From Chiloscyllium plagiosum (Eukaryota): DNA of 25,125 bases. Below, piece after piece: positions 1-9,606 of the stretch. The position numbers and the translations under genes are program-made. The stretch lies in NCBI RefSeq assembly GCF_004010195.1, contig NC_057752.1, positions 10,200,247 to 10,225,371 of the forward strand, given 5' to 3'. The notes under the pieces were generated by a model, which had not been told where the DNA came from, did no database searches, and saw only the letters and a program-made list of their open reading frames with translations. Numbering within the stretch: position 1 is the first letter of the stretch; every line of letters starts with the position of its first letter.

Positions 1-300
1 AGGAGCAGTGTGAATACTACCTACAGGACCCTGTATTGGTGTAGTATTCTAAACAGTCTTTGCAATACTGTGTTACAGAATCATTGTACATTTTGCCTAC
101 AGTTATTGTATCAAAGGAATATTGCTAATACTGCATAAATGTACTAAAATACAGCAACATTGTGACTGTGCCTATAGCTCCTGTATTACAGGAACAAAGT
201 GAATGCTGCCCACAAGTATTTCACTTTACTGACAATAAGAATACTACTTACAGTTACTTTAACAGGAGAAGTGTGACATGATCCTGCAGGATTGCATTAC
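1..300. repeat. Highly degenerate ~37-38 bp tandem repeat (intronic, runs off the window start)
   Basis: Related units of the form ACAGGARCA-TGTGAATRCTGCCTACAG-T-CTGTATT start at about -1, 75, 113, 151, 188, 228 and 262. Confidence 0.55.
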
Positions 301-654
301 AATGACGATGATGTTTGCATCTTATAAAACATTATCTCTGAAAGTTGACCATGTTAAATATAATTGACTTATTCAGCATTATCAGTTCAAGGATACAAAC
401 TGGTTCGTTGTGCTCCACCATTCATTTTCCTTTTGCTGTTGTTTAGCCACACATTTCTCAGGTAGGATTCATTAGCGCATGGCTATGATCAAAATAGCAA
501 TTAGGGAACACTGTTAAATGTGGTTCTGTTGAATGGTACTGAAACTGAAGGCTTTTGGTCAATAATTATATCCTCGCTGCACTGAACATCCTGACAGTTG
601 TGTATCTGAACTATTTGAACCCATACGTTTGTGTCGGAGAGGTGGTGTGTCAAA

Positions 655-1860
655 TTATGGAATGGTTACCGAACAGAATGATGCCATTCAGCCTATAGTT
701 TCTGTGCTGGCTGTATGAAGGAGTAATTCACCTAGAGCCACTCCCCATGCTTCTCCCTGTGGCCCTACACATTTCTTCCTTCACAGATTGAAATTGAATT
801 CCCTCTTGAATGCTTCAGTTAAACTTGCATCCAACACACTCTCAGGCAGTGCAGTTAGCTCCTAACCACTTGCTGCATGAAAAAGGTTTTCCTCAAGTCT
901 CCGTGCCTTTTTTGTCAATTAACTTAAAAGTACATCCCGGCGCTCAATACTTCTACCAATTGGAACAGTTTCTTCCTATCTGCTCTGTTCAGATCCCTCA
1001 TGATGTTGGATACTTAGAAATCAAATCTCGTCTCAGCCTCCTCTACTTCAAGGAGAACAGTCCCAACTTCTCCAATCTGTTCATGTAACTGAAGCTCCTC
1101 ATCCCAATGAATCTTTTCTGCAACCCCTCTAATGCTCCTGTAGAATGGTACCATTTATTTTCTATTGTCACTCATTCTTCCTACCAAAATGAATCACTTC
1201 ATGCTTCCCTGCCCTAAACTCCATTTAGCACTTGTCCACCTATTCTGCCAACTTGACAGTGCCCGTTTGAAGTTCTACACTGTCTTCCTGTCGGTTCACG
1301 ATTCTTCCATATTTTATATGATTTGAAAATCTTGAAACTCTATCCTGTACACTAAGATATGGGTTATTCATATGTATCAAGATGATTAAAGGACCTCCAC
1401 TGACCCCTGGAGAACTCCACTATAAAACTTTCCACAGTCCAATAAACAACCACTTACCATCACTTTCTGTTTCCTTACACGCAGCTAATTTTGTATCCCT
1501 GCTACTATTGTTACTTCTTTTCCTTGGGTGTTGACTTTGCTTGCACGTTTACATGTGGCCTTCTGAAAGTCCATGTACACCATTTCACCATGATTGCCCT
1601 GATCAACCTTCTCTATCACCTCATCAAAAAACTCAAGCAAGTTAGCTGGATACGATGTCCCCTTAACAAATATCTGCTGGGTTTCCTTCATTAGCCTATA
1701 TTTGCCCAAGTGACTATTAATTTTCTCCTAAATTATCATTTCTAAAATCTTCACCACTGAGAGATTAAACTTCTGACCTGTAGTTTCTGTACTTACCTCT
1801 ACAGCCTTCTTTGAACAAAAGTGTAGCATTTGCATTTCTTCAGTCCTTGGGCACTACCTG
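655..1860 (-). mobile_element. Old, fragmented CR1-type LINE (3' end plus RT remnants)
   Basis: Inverted CR1 3'-end sequence near 665 (acagaatgatgccattcagccta). The minus-strand ORF 1485-1709 contains NLLEFFDEVIEKVDQG..VYMDFQKA, a typical CR1 reverse transcriptase segment. There are many indels. Confidence 0.8.
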
Positions 1861-1980
1861 AAGCTGTGGGATCACGACACCCATAAACATGCCAGCCATG
1901 AAGCTCTCCTCATCATGCATATGATGTACTGTCATTGGCTAATGCTCATGTTCCAAAACCCACAGTTTGAACTGCTAAAT

Positions 1981-2310
1981 TTTATTTTAGTTCATCAGAT
2001 GTGGGCATCACCAGCAAGGCCAGCATTTATTGCCTATTCCTAACTGTTAAGAGTCAATCCCATTACTGTAGTCTGCAGTCATGTCTAGGCCAGACCAGGC
2101 AGATTTACTTCCCTCAAGGGCATCAATAAATCAGCTGGGGTTTTACAACAATTCACACATGATCACCATTGGACTAGCTTTTAATTCACGTTTTATTGAA
2201 TTCAAATTTCACCATCTGCAGTGATGGGATTCAAACCCATGTCTATAGATCAGTAGCCTGACGTTACTGGACTAGTAATCCAGAACGTTGCCACTACACC
2301 ACTGCCTACC
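1981..2310 (-). mobile_element. tRNA-derived Deu-domain SINE (SacSINE1/AmnSINE1-like), near full length
   Basis: Minus-strand pol III A box TGGTGTAGTGG (2291-2301) and B box GGTTTGAATCC (2227-2237). The body resembles the Deu-domain (CTGGTCTGGCCTA..ATGACT..AGTAATGGGATTGACTCTTAAC) and the tail reads GCAATAAATGCTGGCC..GCCCACATC. The family name is from recall. Confidence 0.8.
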
Positions 2311-2741
2311 CATTTGAAGACACTTCCTGCACATATGGCTACCCGGGTCACAGCAATGTTCTTGGAATTCCCACATAACTTAGATTGCGTACTGGAGAGG
2401 TTGGAGTTGCCCTGCCGTTATTCAACTAGATAATACGCCTTAATACCTTTTTTAAAGAAAGGAAACACTCATCAGGTTATCAGATCCATTCCATTGATGT
2501 CACTTAAATATGGATAAGTTAACTGAATATTTTACTTCACCCTTCTAAGCAAGTTGAAATGTTTAATTTCCCAGCTCCTTAGGCTAGCTCCCTAACTTTA
2601 GATTTGGGAAAGCAAAGCTACGGTACTCGCCAGCTGATCCTGTAATGTCACAGTCTGAATTGTTTTTCTCGTTTTCCAAACTTGAATGCGCTCAGGTCTG
2701 CTGCAGCTGCTGATTGATGCATCAGACAAGGTGAATAAGAA

Positions 2742-2785
2742 AGAGCTCTGAAGAAGAGTCATATGGGACTTGAAACATTAACTTT
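2742..2785 (+). ncRNA. Minimal type I hammerhead ribozyme-like motif (partly decayed)
   Basis: Stem I AGAGCT(2742-47)/AACTTT(2780-85); core CTGAAGA 2748-54 plus one extra A; stem II GAGTC(2756-60)/GACTT(2767-71); GAAA 2772-75; then CA and UH=TT at 2778-79. Confidence 0.6.
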
Positions 2786-2880
2786 GTTTCTCTCTCCACA
2801 GATGCTGCCAGACCTGCTGAGTTTTTCTGCCGTTTTCTGTTTGTTTCAGATTTCTGACATCTGTAGTATTTTGATTTTAC
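2742..2880 (+). mobile_element. Short Penelope-like-derived dispersed element, copy 1
   Basis: CTGAAGAAGAGTC..GAAACATTAAC..CTCTCCACAGATGCTGCCAGACCTGCTGAGTTT..GATTTC. Homologous copies lie at 9029-9106 (+) and 14311-14419 (-). The Penelope assignment rests on the hammerhead motif. Confidence 0.7.
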
Positions 2881-3499
2881 TTAGATTTAGAAAATATTAT
2901 TTAAAAAATAACATGGATTTTTTTTTAGTAGAAGTCTAATTTTAAACAATACTCAATATGCAAGTATGGTCTTAAGGCAAAGAGAGCCTATGTATTGCAT
3001 TGAAACCTGTTGTACAAGGGCAACCTTGAAGGCTGTTTAATGTCTCATAGTATTCCACAATGCAACATATGCTGTACACAGTGAGCCATATATTACTGTG
3101 ATATGGCCAACTTTGTATTTGCATGACTTGAAAATGGATGTTTTACTTGGCAGTATGTTGGTAAATTAGATATGATTTGCACTCTGTATGTTAGTGATAC
3201 ATGATACATTGATTCCAAGGTGATGTTAATCAGCAAAATAAAATTGATATCAGTGTGTAGCTTCCAGCAGCAGTCACTGGAGAGATAACAAGATTAGGAT
3301 CCAAGGGTAATTTCTTCCCTTCCCACCCCAATCAAGTGGCACTGAGGTTAACATAAATCATTGTAGGCCTATGCTTGAACTCAAACCAGGAATTACTGAT
3401 TTGAGATAAGATCATAGAATCTAGTGATCTGTATGATCCAGTCACTTAACAGACCCTCTAACCAAAACATGCGCAGGCATTGGTTGTATTGCCTGCCAT

Positions 3500-4080
3500 C
3501 TTGAGTGCTGATGTGAGCCCAGCCCTGCTTCTTTTTGGGAAGATCTGCCAAATTAAGTGCCACTCAAGTCCAGTGGCAGGTCCTGGAATCAGGGCCCCAA
3601 AGGCTACCTTCTCAAAGGCTGGCAGCTATTTTACACAACAATGCCAGTGTTGGCTGCTGTTCATTCTACACTCATCCAAGATCTAGGCTGGACCCAGATA
3701 CATAGGTGAGTGATAGTGAGGGGGGGAAGCGGGGGGCATTTGTGCACTAGTGGACTAGGTACACAGCAGCAGTGATAGGAGTGGGTGCCTCTTCCTCTCT
3801 CTCAGAAGTTCTTGACCCCATCCTAATAGGGTCCCTCAATTAGATACTGAATACCTTTGAGGGAATACCGCCCCCCCCCCCACAACAAGTGGCATTAATT
3901 GCCCATTTAAAGTGCTCAGTTGGCTGTGGGGAAGGAAGGCCGTCCATGGGCTTTCCTACTTTGGACTTAAGGTGGAAAGTGGGAAAATGGAAGAGCTCCC
4001 ACCCACTACCCTCCAGTCTAATATAACGCCTCCCACCCCACCATTTCCAAACTCACCACAATACATAACAAAATTCCACT
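3500..4080. repeat. Probable degenerate non-autonomous interspersed repeat with internal inverted motifs
   Basis: GC-richer block inside the AT-rich intron. GCCAAATTAAGTGCCCACTCAAG (~3548) loosely mirrors CAAGTGGCATTAATTGCCC (~3886). Boundaries are uncertain. Confidence 0.3.
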
Positions 4081-4624
4081 CTGTTTTCTTGCATTGTGCA
4101 ATTCAATTAGTTATTTTTCAACACTGTGCTATCAGAAAGGAGATTTCTAAATCAAGTCAAATTCAGGTGCATTTGGGTTACCATTTGTGCCACACATGCT
4201 CCAAGTTTGACAATGCTTGAGACTCTCTGCTGGAAGCTTAAAGTCAAAAGATGATAGCAATTGATTTGTAAGAAGAAAATTGGCAGCATGCCTAGTTTTA
4301 AAAGAACTGGGCAGGGTGGAGTGTAAAAACAGGCATCCTATCCATTACTACCATCTTTCTCCCACCCGGGGGGACAATTACATTCAGCCCGTGGTCTTAT
4401 TATATTTCAGAAATTGACATTGTTCTACATCTGCTGTTATAAAGTGGAATCAAAAACAGTTGACAATAAATTCAAAAGTGCACCAGACTACAACCAATGC
4501 CATTTGTTGAAGGGTGTGAAACCTTGCCACATGTCAAATCTGTGTTTAACATTCTAACAGTCAAAATCAAAGCACACCTTCTTGTCCATTGTTACTTTAA
4601 TCATAAACTAGTGAGCAATACTTA

Positions 4625-4657
4625 CTTATTAATTCTCTCTAATGCATTTCCTTGCAG
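4625..4657 (+). promoter_or_regulatory. 3' splice acceptor of the final intron
   Basis: Pyrimidine-rich tract ending TTTCCTTGCAG (AG at 4656-4657), with branch-like CTAAT/TTAAT upstream. Protein similarity begins right after it (YFSRTDR). Confidence 0.85.
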
Positions 4658-6265
4658 TATTTTTCTAGAACTGATCGTTTGCTTAAACACAGAAGAATGT
4701 GCCACGAAAATCAAGGGAAAGCTTCTGGCAAAAACCCAGCTATGAAAACAGAGCCAATCATACTCGCAATCAATGCAGAAAACAGTTTCCTGTCACCTCA
4801 AAAAGACATAATTAATCCAAGGAAAAAAGTTAAAGCTGCAGAGAAGCCGGCATTGGCAACCCTTGATAATGAGGAGACCGGTAACCCAGCAGAGGTTAAG
4901 ATGGATAAAGGTGAATGTGTAGAATATTACACCAGCAGCTTGAAGGTGAAGGATGAATACAAAGTGGAGCAGTGCTCACTTGTGATCGCACATTCTTCAC
5001 AGACTGATGATCACCTCGGGGAAGCATATCAGAATCAGATGAACCTGCATCCACCAAAGCTTGTTCTGAAGAAGGTAAGCCCCCCAAAAAATCAAAAGAC
5101 AGCAGAAGAGTTGGCTCAAACCTTGCCTGTTTCTGGCAACTTTGATGCCACAAAAGTCAACAAATACACCTATGCTATGGTAGACAACCCTGACCTTCTG
5201 ACAATGGAGGGACCTGGTGCTGATCAGGGCCAAGATGCTTCACGCAAACCAGGAGGCAACAGCAACTATGATGATGCAATGCAGTTTGTAAAGAAGAAGA
5301 GATTTTTGCAAGGGACTAGCAGCACCAGCAGAGAGTATGCCTTAACTGTAGGCCAGATCCCAATCCAGCCAGCTGTAACACAGGCAGCTAGCACGTCTGT
5401 TGGGGACACCAGTGGTAGCACACCAATGCTGGGGCAACCTGGCAACACTGATCCGAAAAGCAGTCAGGACAAAAGTGGGATTCCTGACGAAGTTTTGCAG
5501 ACGCTGCTGGACCACTACACCAACAAGGCAAATGGCCAGGTTCCGTTTTCTGTCAATGATACCCAAGTCTCCTCAAATATAACCGTGAGCTCTACGGACA
5601 TTACTAATGTGCCTCCATCGGAGCGAGTCAACGAGAGTTCCCAGCCAGCAGCCACAGACAACTGTAACATGCTCCATGAGTATTCAAAGTTCCTCCAACA
5701 AGCTTTGGAAAGGACCTGCCACAACGATAGCTACTCGGCCGAGCAAGGACTTGCATATGAGACTGAAACTCACCCCCTAACTGGAAGTCTTCCAGTGCAG
5801 CCTCTGTTTTCTACTCTAGAACGACAGGTTTTTGCAACCATGGTTACCCAGCATGGCTTCAGACCTGAAGTGGGTTCCCCTTTGAGGATACCTTCACAAA
5901 AGACTCAGTACAGTTTATTAACTGGTGAATCCCAGCATCCTTTTGCTTTTATACCGACTGTAACAAGCAGCAACAGCATTTCTGCACCTCCTGATTTCAT
6001 AGAGCAGGTTAATACACAGAAGAAACGAGAGGAACCCCCGGCTCACCACAATCACCAAATGGACGCATTTGGTCAAGACTCTAGGTTCGCGGCTCCTGGA
6101 GGAGAAATGACTCCGTCGTTTAACAACAGTACTGGTGGACAGGTGAACTTAAGGATCCGACAAGGCAGCTCAGACTTCTCGGAGTTTTCTTTGGTAAATG
6201 TGCCAGAGGCCAGGGATCAAATGAGTGCCTCATCAGATGTCACAGGGGGCCAAGCCTTTAGGTGA
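4658..6265 (+). CDS. ZNF148: Final coding exon of zinc finger protein 148 (ZBP-89)-like transcription factor: second half of the last C2H2 finger plus the long C-terminal region
   Basis: Begins YFSRTDRLLKHRRMCHEN (HxxxC finger end). Contains the ZNF148 hallmark motifs KVKDEY, HPPKLVLKK, NYDDAMQFVKKKRFLQ, SREYAL, IPDEVLQTLLDHY, NMLHEYSKFLQQALERT, GQVNLR and FSEFSLVNV. TGA at 6263-6265. The ORF track start at 4652 (TTG) is intronic. Confidence 0.9.
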   Translation, partial: YFSRTDRLLKHRRMCHENQGKASGKNPAMKTEPIILAINAENSFLSPQKDIINPRKKVKAAEKPALATLDNEETGNPAEVKMDKGECVEYYTSSLKVKDEYKVEQCSLVIAHSSQTDDHLGEAYQNQMNLHPPKLVLKKVSPPKNQKTAEELAQTLPVSGNFDATKVNKYTYAMVDNPDLLTMEGPGADQGQDASRKPGGNSNYDDAMQFVKKKRFLQGTSSTSREYALTVGQIPIQPAVTQAASTSVGDTSGSTPMLGQPGNTDPKSSQDKSGIPDEVLQTLLDHYTNKANGQVPFSVNDTQVSSNITVSSTDITNVPPSERVNESSQPAATDNCNMLHEYSKFLQQALERTCHNDSYSAEQGLAYETETHPLTGSLPVQPLFSTLERQVFATMVTQHGFRPEVGSPLRIPSQKTQYSLLTGESQHPFAFIPTVTSSNSISAPPDFIEQVNTQKKREEPPAHHNHQMDAFGQDSRFAAPGGEMTPSFNNSTGGQVNLRIRQGSSDFSEFSLVNVPEARDQMSASSDVTGGQAFR

Positions 6266-6559
6266 AATGATTTGGTCATAAAACTTGGGATCATAATACA
6301 TGCATTACTGTTTTTGAATTGCTCAACAAAGAAAAACCTATCGATTTTTTTTTTAATTTTTAGAGAAAATCTATTAGTGATTTTACCAGGAAGGTATTTT
6401 GAAGTTCAGTACCGCTGTGCATTTCCCTTCTCTGCTGATACATGTTTGCAGGCTGGCACAGAAAGGGGATATTGATCTTGTCTGTGTATGACTTTCTCCA
6501 AGCCCTCTGTATTTCTGCTTTATCAGAAACATTTGTCTGCCAGTAAAGAGAGCTGATAG

Positions 6560-6880
6560 AAAATAACCCTGAGACTGGCATTGATACAGGTTCAATAGTT
6601 ATAACAAAACTGGCATGTATTCAGTTGCAGTAAATACCTGGATAGTGGCATTTCAGCTGATCAAATAATTACTCTAATACTGACACTAGTACAGATCCAA
6701 TAATTACCTCAGTACTGTATGTGTACAGCTCAAATAATGTCCTAGCATTGGAATTAATACAAATTTAATAATTACCACAATGCTATTTTTTAATCACGTG
6801 TTAATTATACAGAAATGGACATAATGCATTTCCAGTAAAGAACTGGCATTGATGCAGATGGAATAATTGCCCTTAATTTA
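6560..6880. repeat. Ancient, diverged ~35-bp tandem repeat related to the main satellite, in the proximal 3' UTR region
   Basis: Successive ~34-35 bp units such as AATAACCCTGAGACTGGCATTGATACAGGTTCAAT and AATTACTCTAATACTGACACTAGTACAGATCCAAT align with ATTAACCCTGATATTGACATTGATCCTCTTCTGAT. Confidence 0.6.
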
Positions 6881-6884
6881 ACTC

Positions 6885-7190
6885 CACTCATGAGATGTAG
6901 GCATCCTTGTTAGGCCAGCATTCATTGCCCGTCACTGTTTGCTGATGTGGGAGTAATGGTGAGTCACCTTCCTGAATCCACCTGAATGCATTACGATGCC
7001 ATTTCAGAGGGCAGTTGAGAGGCAACCACATTGCTGTGGATCTGGAGGTGCATTATTGGCCAGACTGGGTAAAGACAGCAGATTCCCTTTTCCAAAGACG
7101 TTAACAAACCAGGTGGGTTTTTGCAACAATCCAGTTGCGTGGTTATCATTACTGATGCTGGAGTTTTGTTCCATATTTTATTTAATCAAT
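6885..7190 (-). mobile_element. Deu-domain SINE, copy 2 (tRNA head not recognisable)
   Basis: Same tail (GGCCAGCATTCATTGCCC) and body (CCATTTCAGAGGGCAGTTGAGAGGCAACCACATTGCTGTGG..GGCCAGACTGGGTAA) as 1981-2310. Confidence 0.75.
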
Positions 7191-7274
7191 CAAGCTCTCC
7201 TGTAACATAACCTTTATGCTACTATACCTCCTTTAGTAATATGAACATTTATCCATTACCCTGAAATTCTTATT

Positions 7275-7370
7275 TTTACTTGTTCATGGGATGTGGGTAT
7301 CGCTGACTCGGCCAGCATTTATTATTGATCCTTAAGTGCATTGGAGAAAGTGATCATGAGCTGCCTTGAA
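7275..7370 (-). mobile_element. 3' tail fragment of the same SINE or its partner LINE
   Basis: TTCATGGGATGTGGGTATCGCTG..GGCCAGCATTTATT matches the tails at ~1990 and ~6890. Confidence 0.65.
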
Positions 7371-7434
7371 AATTGATTTTAAAAATTTCAATGTTTACCT
7401 TGTTACCGATATTATTCAGAAATGAAAAAAAATT

Positions 7435-8760
7435 GCATCATTGTAGGAGGCCAATTAACCCATCTTGCCTCTGCCAGTACTTCTAAATTTCATGATCTCT
7501 CCCTTTCCATTTTGGTGAGTAGCTTAATTTTTTGCCCTCCATTAACTAATACAATTGCCAGTTGAAATAGATTTTTTTTTACTTTATCAACTGCCTTTAT
7601 CAAACTTGTTTGTGGTTTCATCTGTTCTAGTGAAAAGAGCCCTAAGTTTTTAGTCTGTCCTCCTAGCTAAAGGCTTTTAATCTTGTTATCACCTTCATGC
7701 ACCGTGCCTGTGGACGTGTCATCCTTCCAAACATTGCGTTTCCAAAACTACATATTAGGCCATGAGAATCAGTGATCTGTATAGATATAGAATTATCTCT
7801 TTGTACTCCATCGCCCATTTATAAAATTTTACATTTATGTACCTGAAATCAGTCTCGACTCCCTTAAAATGTTACCAGTTAGCATAAATTCTTTCTACTT
7901 ATCCTTCTATTCAATAGTACAACTTCACATTTTCTCACATTTAAATTTTATCTGACATCTATGCATCAAATCTACAAACCAGTCGACATCCTCCTGGAGT
8001 CAATAACTGCTATCATCACAATTAATTTGTATGCTGCCAGTTTTTATGTTGTCTGCATGTTTAACATTGTGTCCCTTTAAATCCAAATCATGTATATATA
8101 GAGAGAGGAACAGTAATCCATACTATAGTGACCACTAGTGGCCACCAAGGTATGCCTTCAGTTCACTGAAATGTGATTAATAATAATCTCTGCTTTCTGT
8201 CCTGGAGCCAATTTCTTATTCATGCTGCTTCACTGCCAAATCATACCATAGAGCTAATTTTCATGTATTGGCATTGCAGATCAGTGATAGGTGCCTGACT
8301 CACATTGTTACGGTTTGACTCTATCACTCTCAATGTTCTTAACTTAGTCAACAGGCTTCCCATGTGACATCTTATTGTTTGTGTTGGGCATCAGTGCACC
8401 TATTAGATACTGCATGCCCTTTATCAATTCCCTTCACCCTATCCTGAACTGCCCCAACATGACAGTCTTTTAAGCATCCATGTAGTCCAAATTATCCCAG
8501 ATGTTTCCAGGTGAGTCTTAATTTTTATTATGCATTATGAAATCCAGCAGCTAGCCCACAACAAATGTATGGTCTATATTATCAAACTGATCACTTTCAA
8601 ATCGTTTTCAATCCAAAAAGTAGAGTCCTTAGGCATAAGATCTAGATCCCAAGATGACTGGGAAATTGTCAGAGCCTCTGCCTGTTCCTGCTGATGTGAG
8701 GAGTATTCCAGAATGCAAACATTGGGCTTTTCTGATTATTTCATCATCTTTTAAAATTAC
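7435..8760 (-). mobile_element. Very old, degenerate CR1-type LINE
   Basis: 3'-end-like GTAGGAGGCCAATTAACCCATC at ~7443. Colinear remnants follow (ACTTCACATTTTCTCACATTTAAATTTTATCTG, TGTTGTCTGCATG as a decayed FADD region, CCAATTTCTTATTCATGCTG) that parallel the better-preserved CR1s in this window. Confidence 0.55.
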
Positions 8761-9028
8761 ATTACCTCCTTAACAATATTTCTCTATGTAATAATAACAC
8801 CAATGTCGCCTTAAATGGCTGCAGTAATAACCCTAATATTGACAACAATCCTGCTCAATAATAACCCTTATATTGACATAGATCATCCTCTGATTATTAC
8901 CCCTTATATTGACATTGGTCCTCTTGCGATGTTAACCCTGATATTAACATCTACTGTGATAAAAAGCCTGCAATTGATATTGACGCAGCTCCAACATTAA
9001 CTGTAATACAGACATTGATCCTCCTGTA

Positions 9029-9106
9029 GAAAGAGTCTTCCCACAGATGCCAGAACTGAGTTTTTCCAGCAATTTGTTTTTGTTCCTGATTTCCAGCTTC
9101 CACAGT
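9029..9106 (+). mobile_element. Short Penelope-like-derived element, copy 2 (internally deleted, abuts the gap)
   Basis: AAGAGTC..CCACAGATGCCAGAACTGAGTTTTTCCAGCAATTTGTTTTTGTTCCTGATTTCCAGC aligns to 2754-2870. The hammerhead part is mostly deleted. Confidence 0.65.
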
Positions 9107-9606
9107 NNNNNNNNNNNNNNNNNNNNNNNNNNNNNNNNNNNNNNNNNNNNNNNNNNNNNNNNNNNNNNNNNNNNNNNNNNNNNNNNNNNNNNNNNNNNNN
9201 NNNNNNNNNNNNNNNNNNNNNNNNNNNNNNNNNNNNNNNNNNNNNNNNNNNNNNNNNNNNNNNNNNNNNNNNNNNNNNNNNNNNNNNNNNNNNNNNNNNN
9301 NNNNNNNNNNNNNNNNNNNNNNNNNNNNNNNNNNNNNNNNNNNNNNNNNNNNNNNNNNNNNNNNNNNNNNNNNNNNNNNNNNNNNNNNNNNNNNNNNNNN
9401 NNNNNNNNNNNNNNNNNNNNNNNNNNNNNNNNNNNNNNNNNNNNNNNNNNNNNNNNNNNNNNNNNNNNNNNNNNNNNNNNNNNNNNNNNNNNNNNNNNNN
9501 NNNNNNNNNNNNNNNNNNNNNNNNNNNNNNNNNNNNNNNNNNNNNNNNNNNNNNNNNNNNNNNNNNNNNNNNNNNNNNNNNNNNNNNNNNNNNNNNNNNN
9601 NNNNNN
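9107..9606. other. Assembly gap (500 N)
   Basis: Run of exactly 500 N. Confidence 1.

Noticed and set aside
4652..4657. TTG start of the 537-aa ORF
   Set aside because: TTGCAG is the splice acceptor; the frame begins mid zinc finger, so upstream exons lie outside the window.
4896..5724. Short overlapping or antisense ORFs inside the ZNF148 exon
   Set aside because: Shadow ORFs of a real coding exon with no recognisable motifs.
8272..8336. Inverted repeat AGTGATAG..CTATCACT with partial tet-operator resemblance
   Set aside because: Only an 8-bp core plus weak flanks, within a decayed LINE; compatible with chance. No support for a miRNA, MITE or operator.
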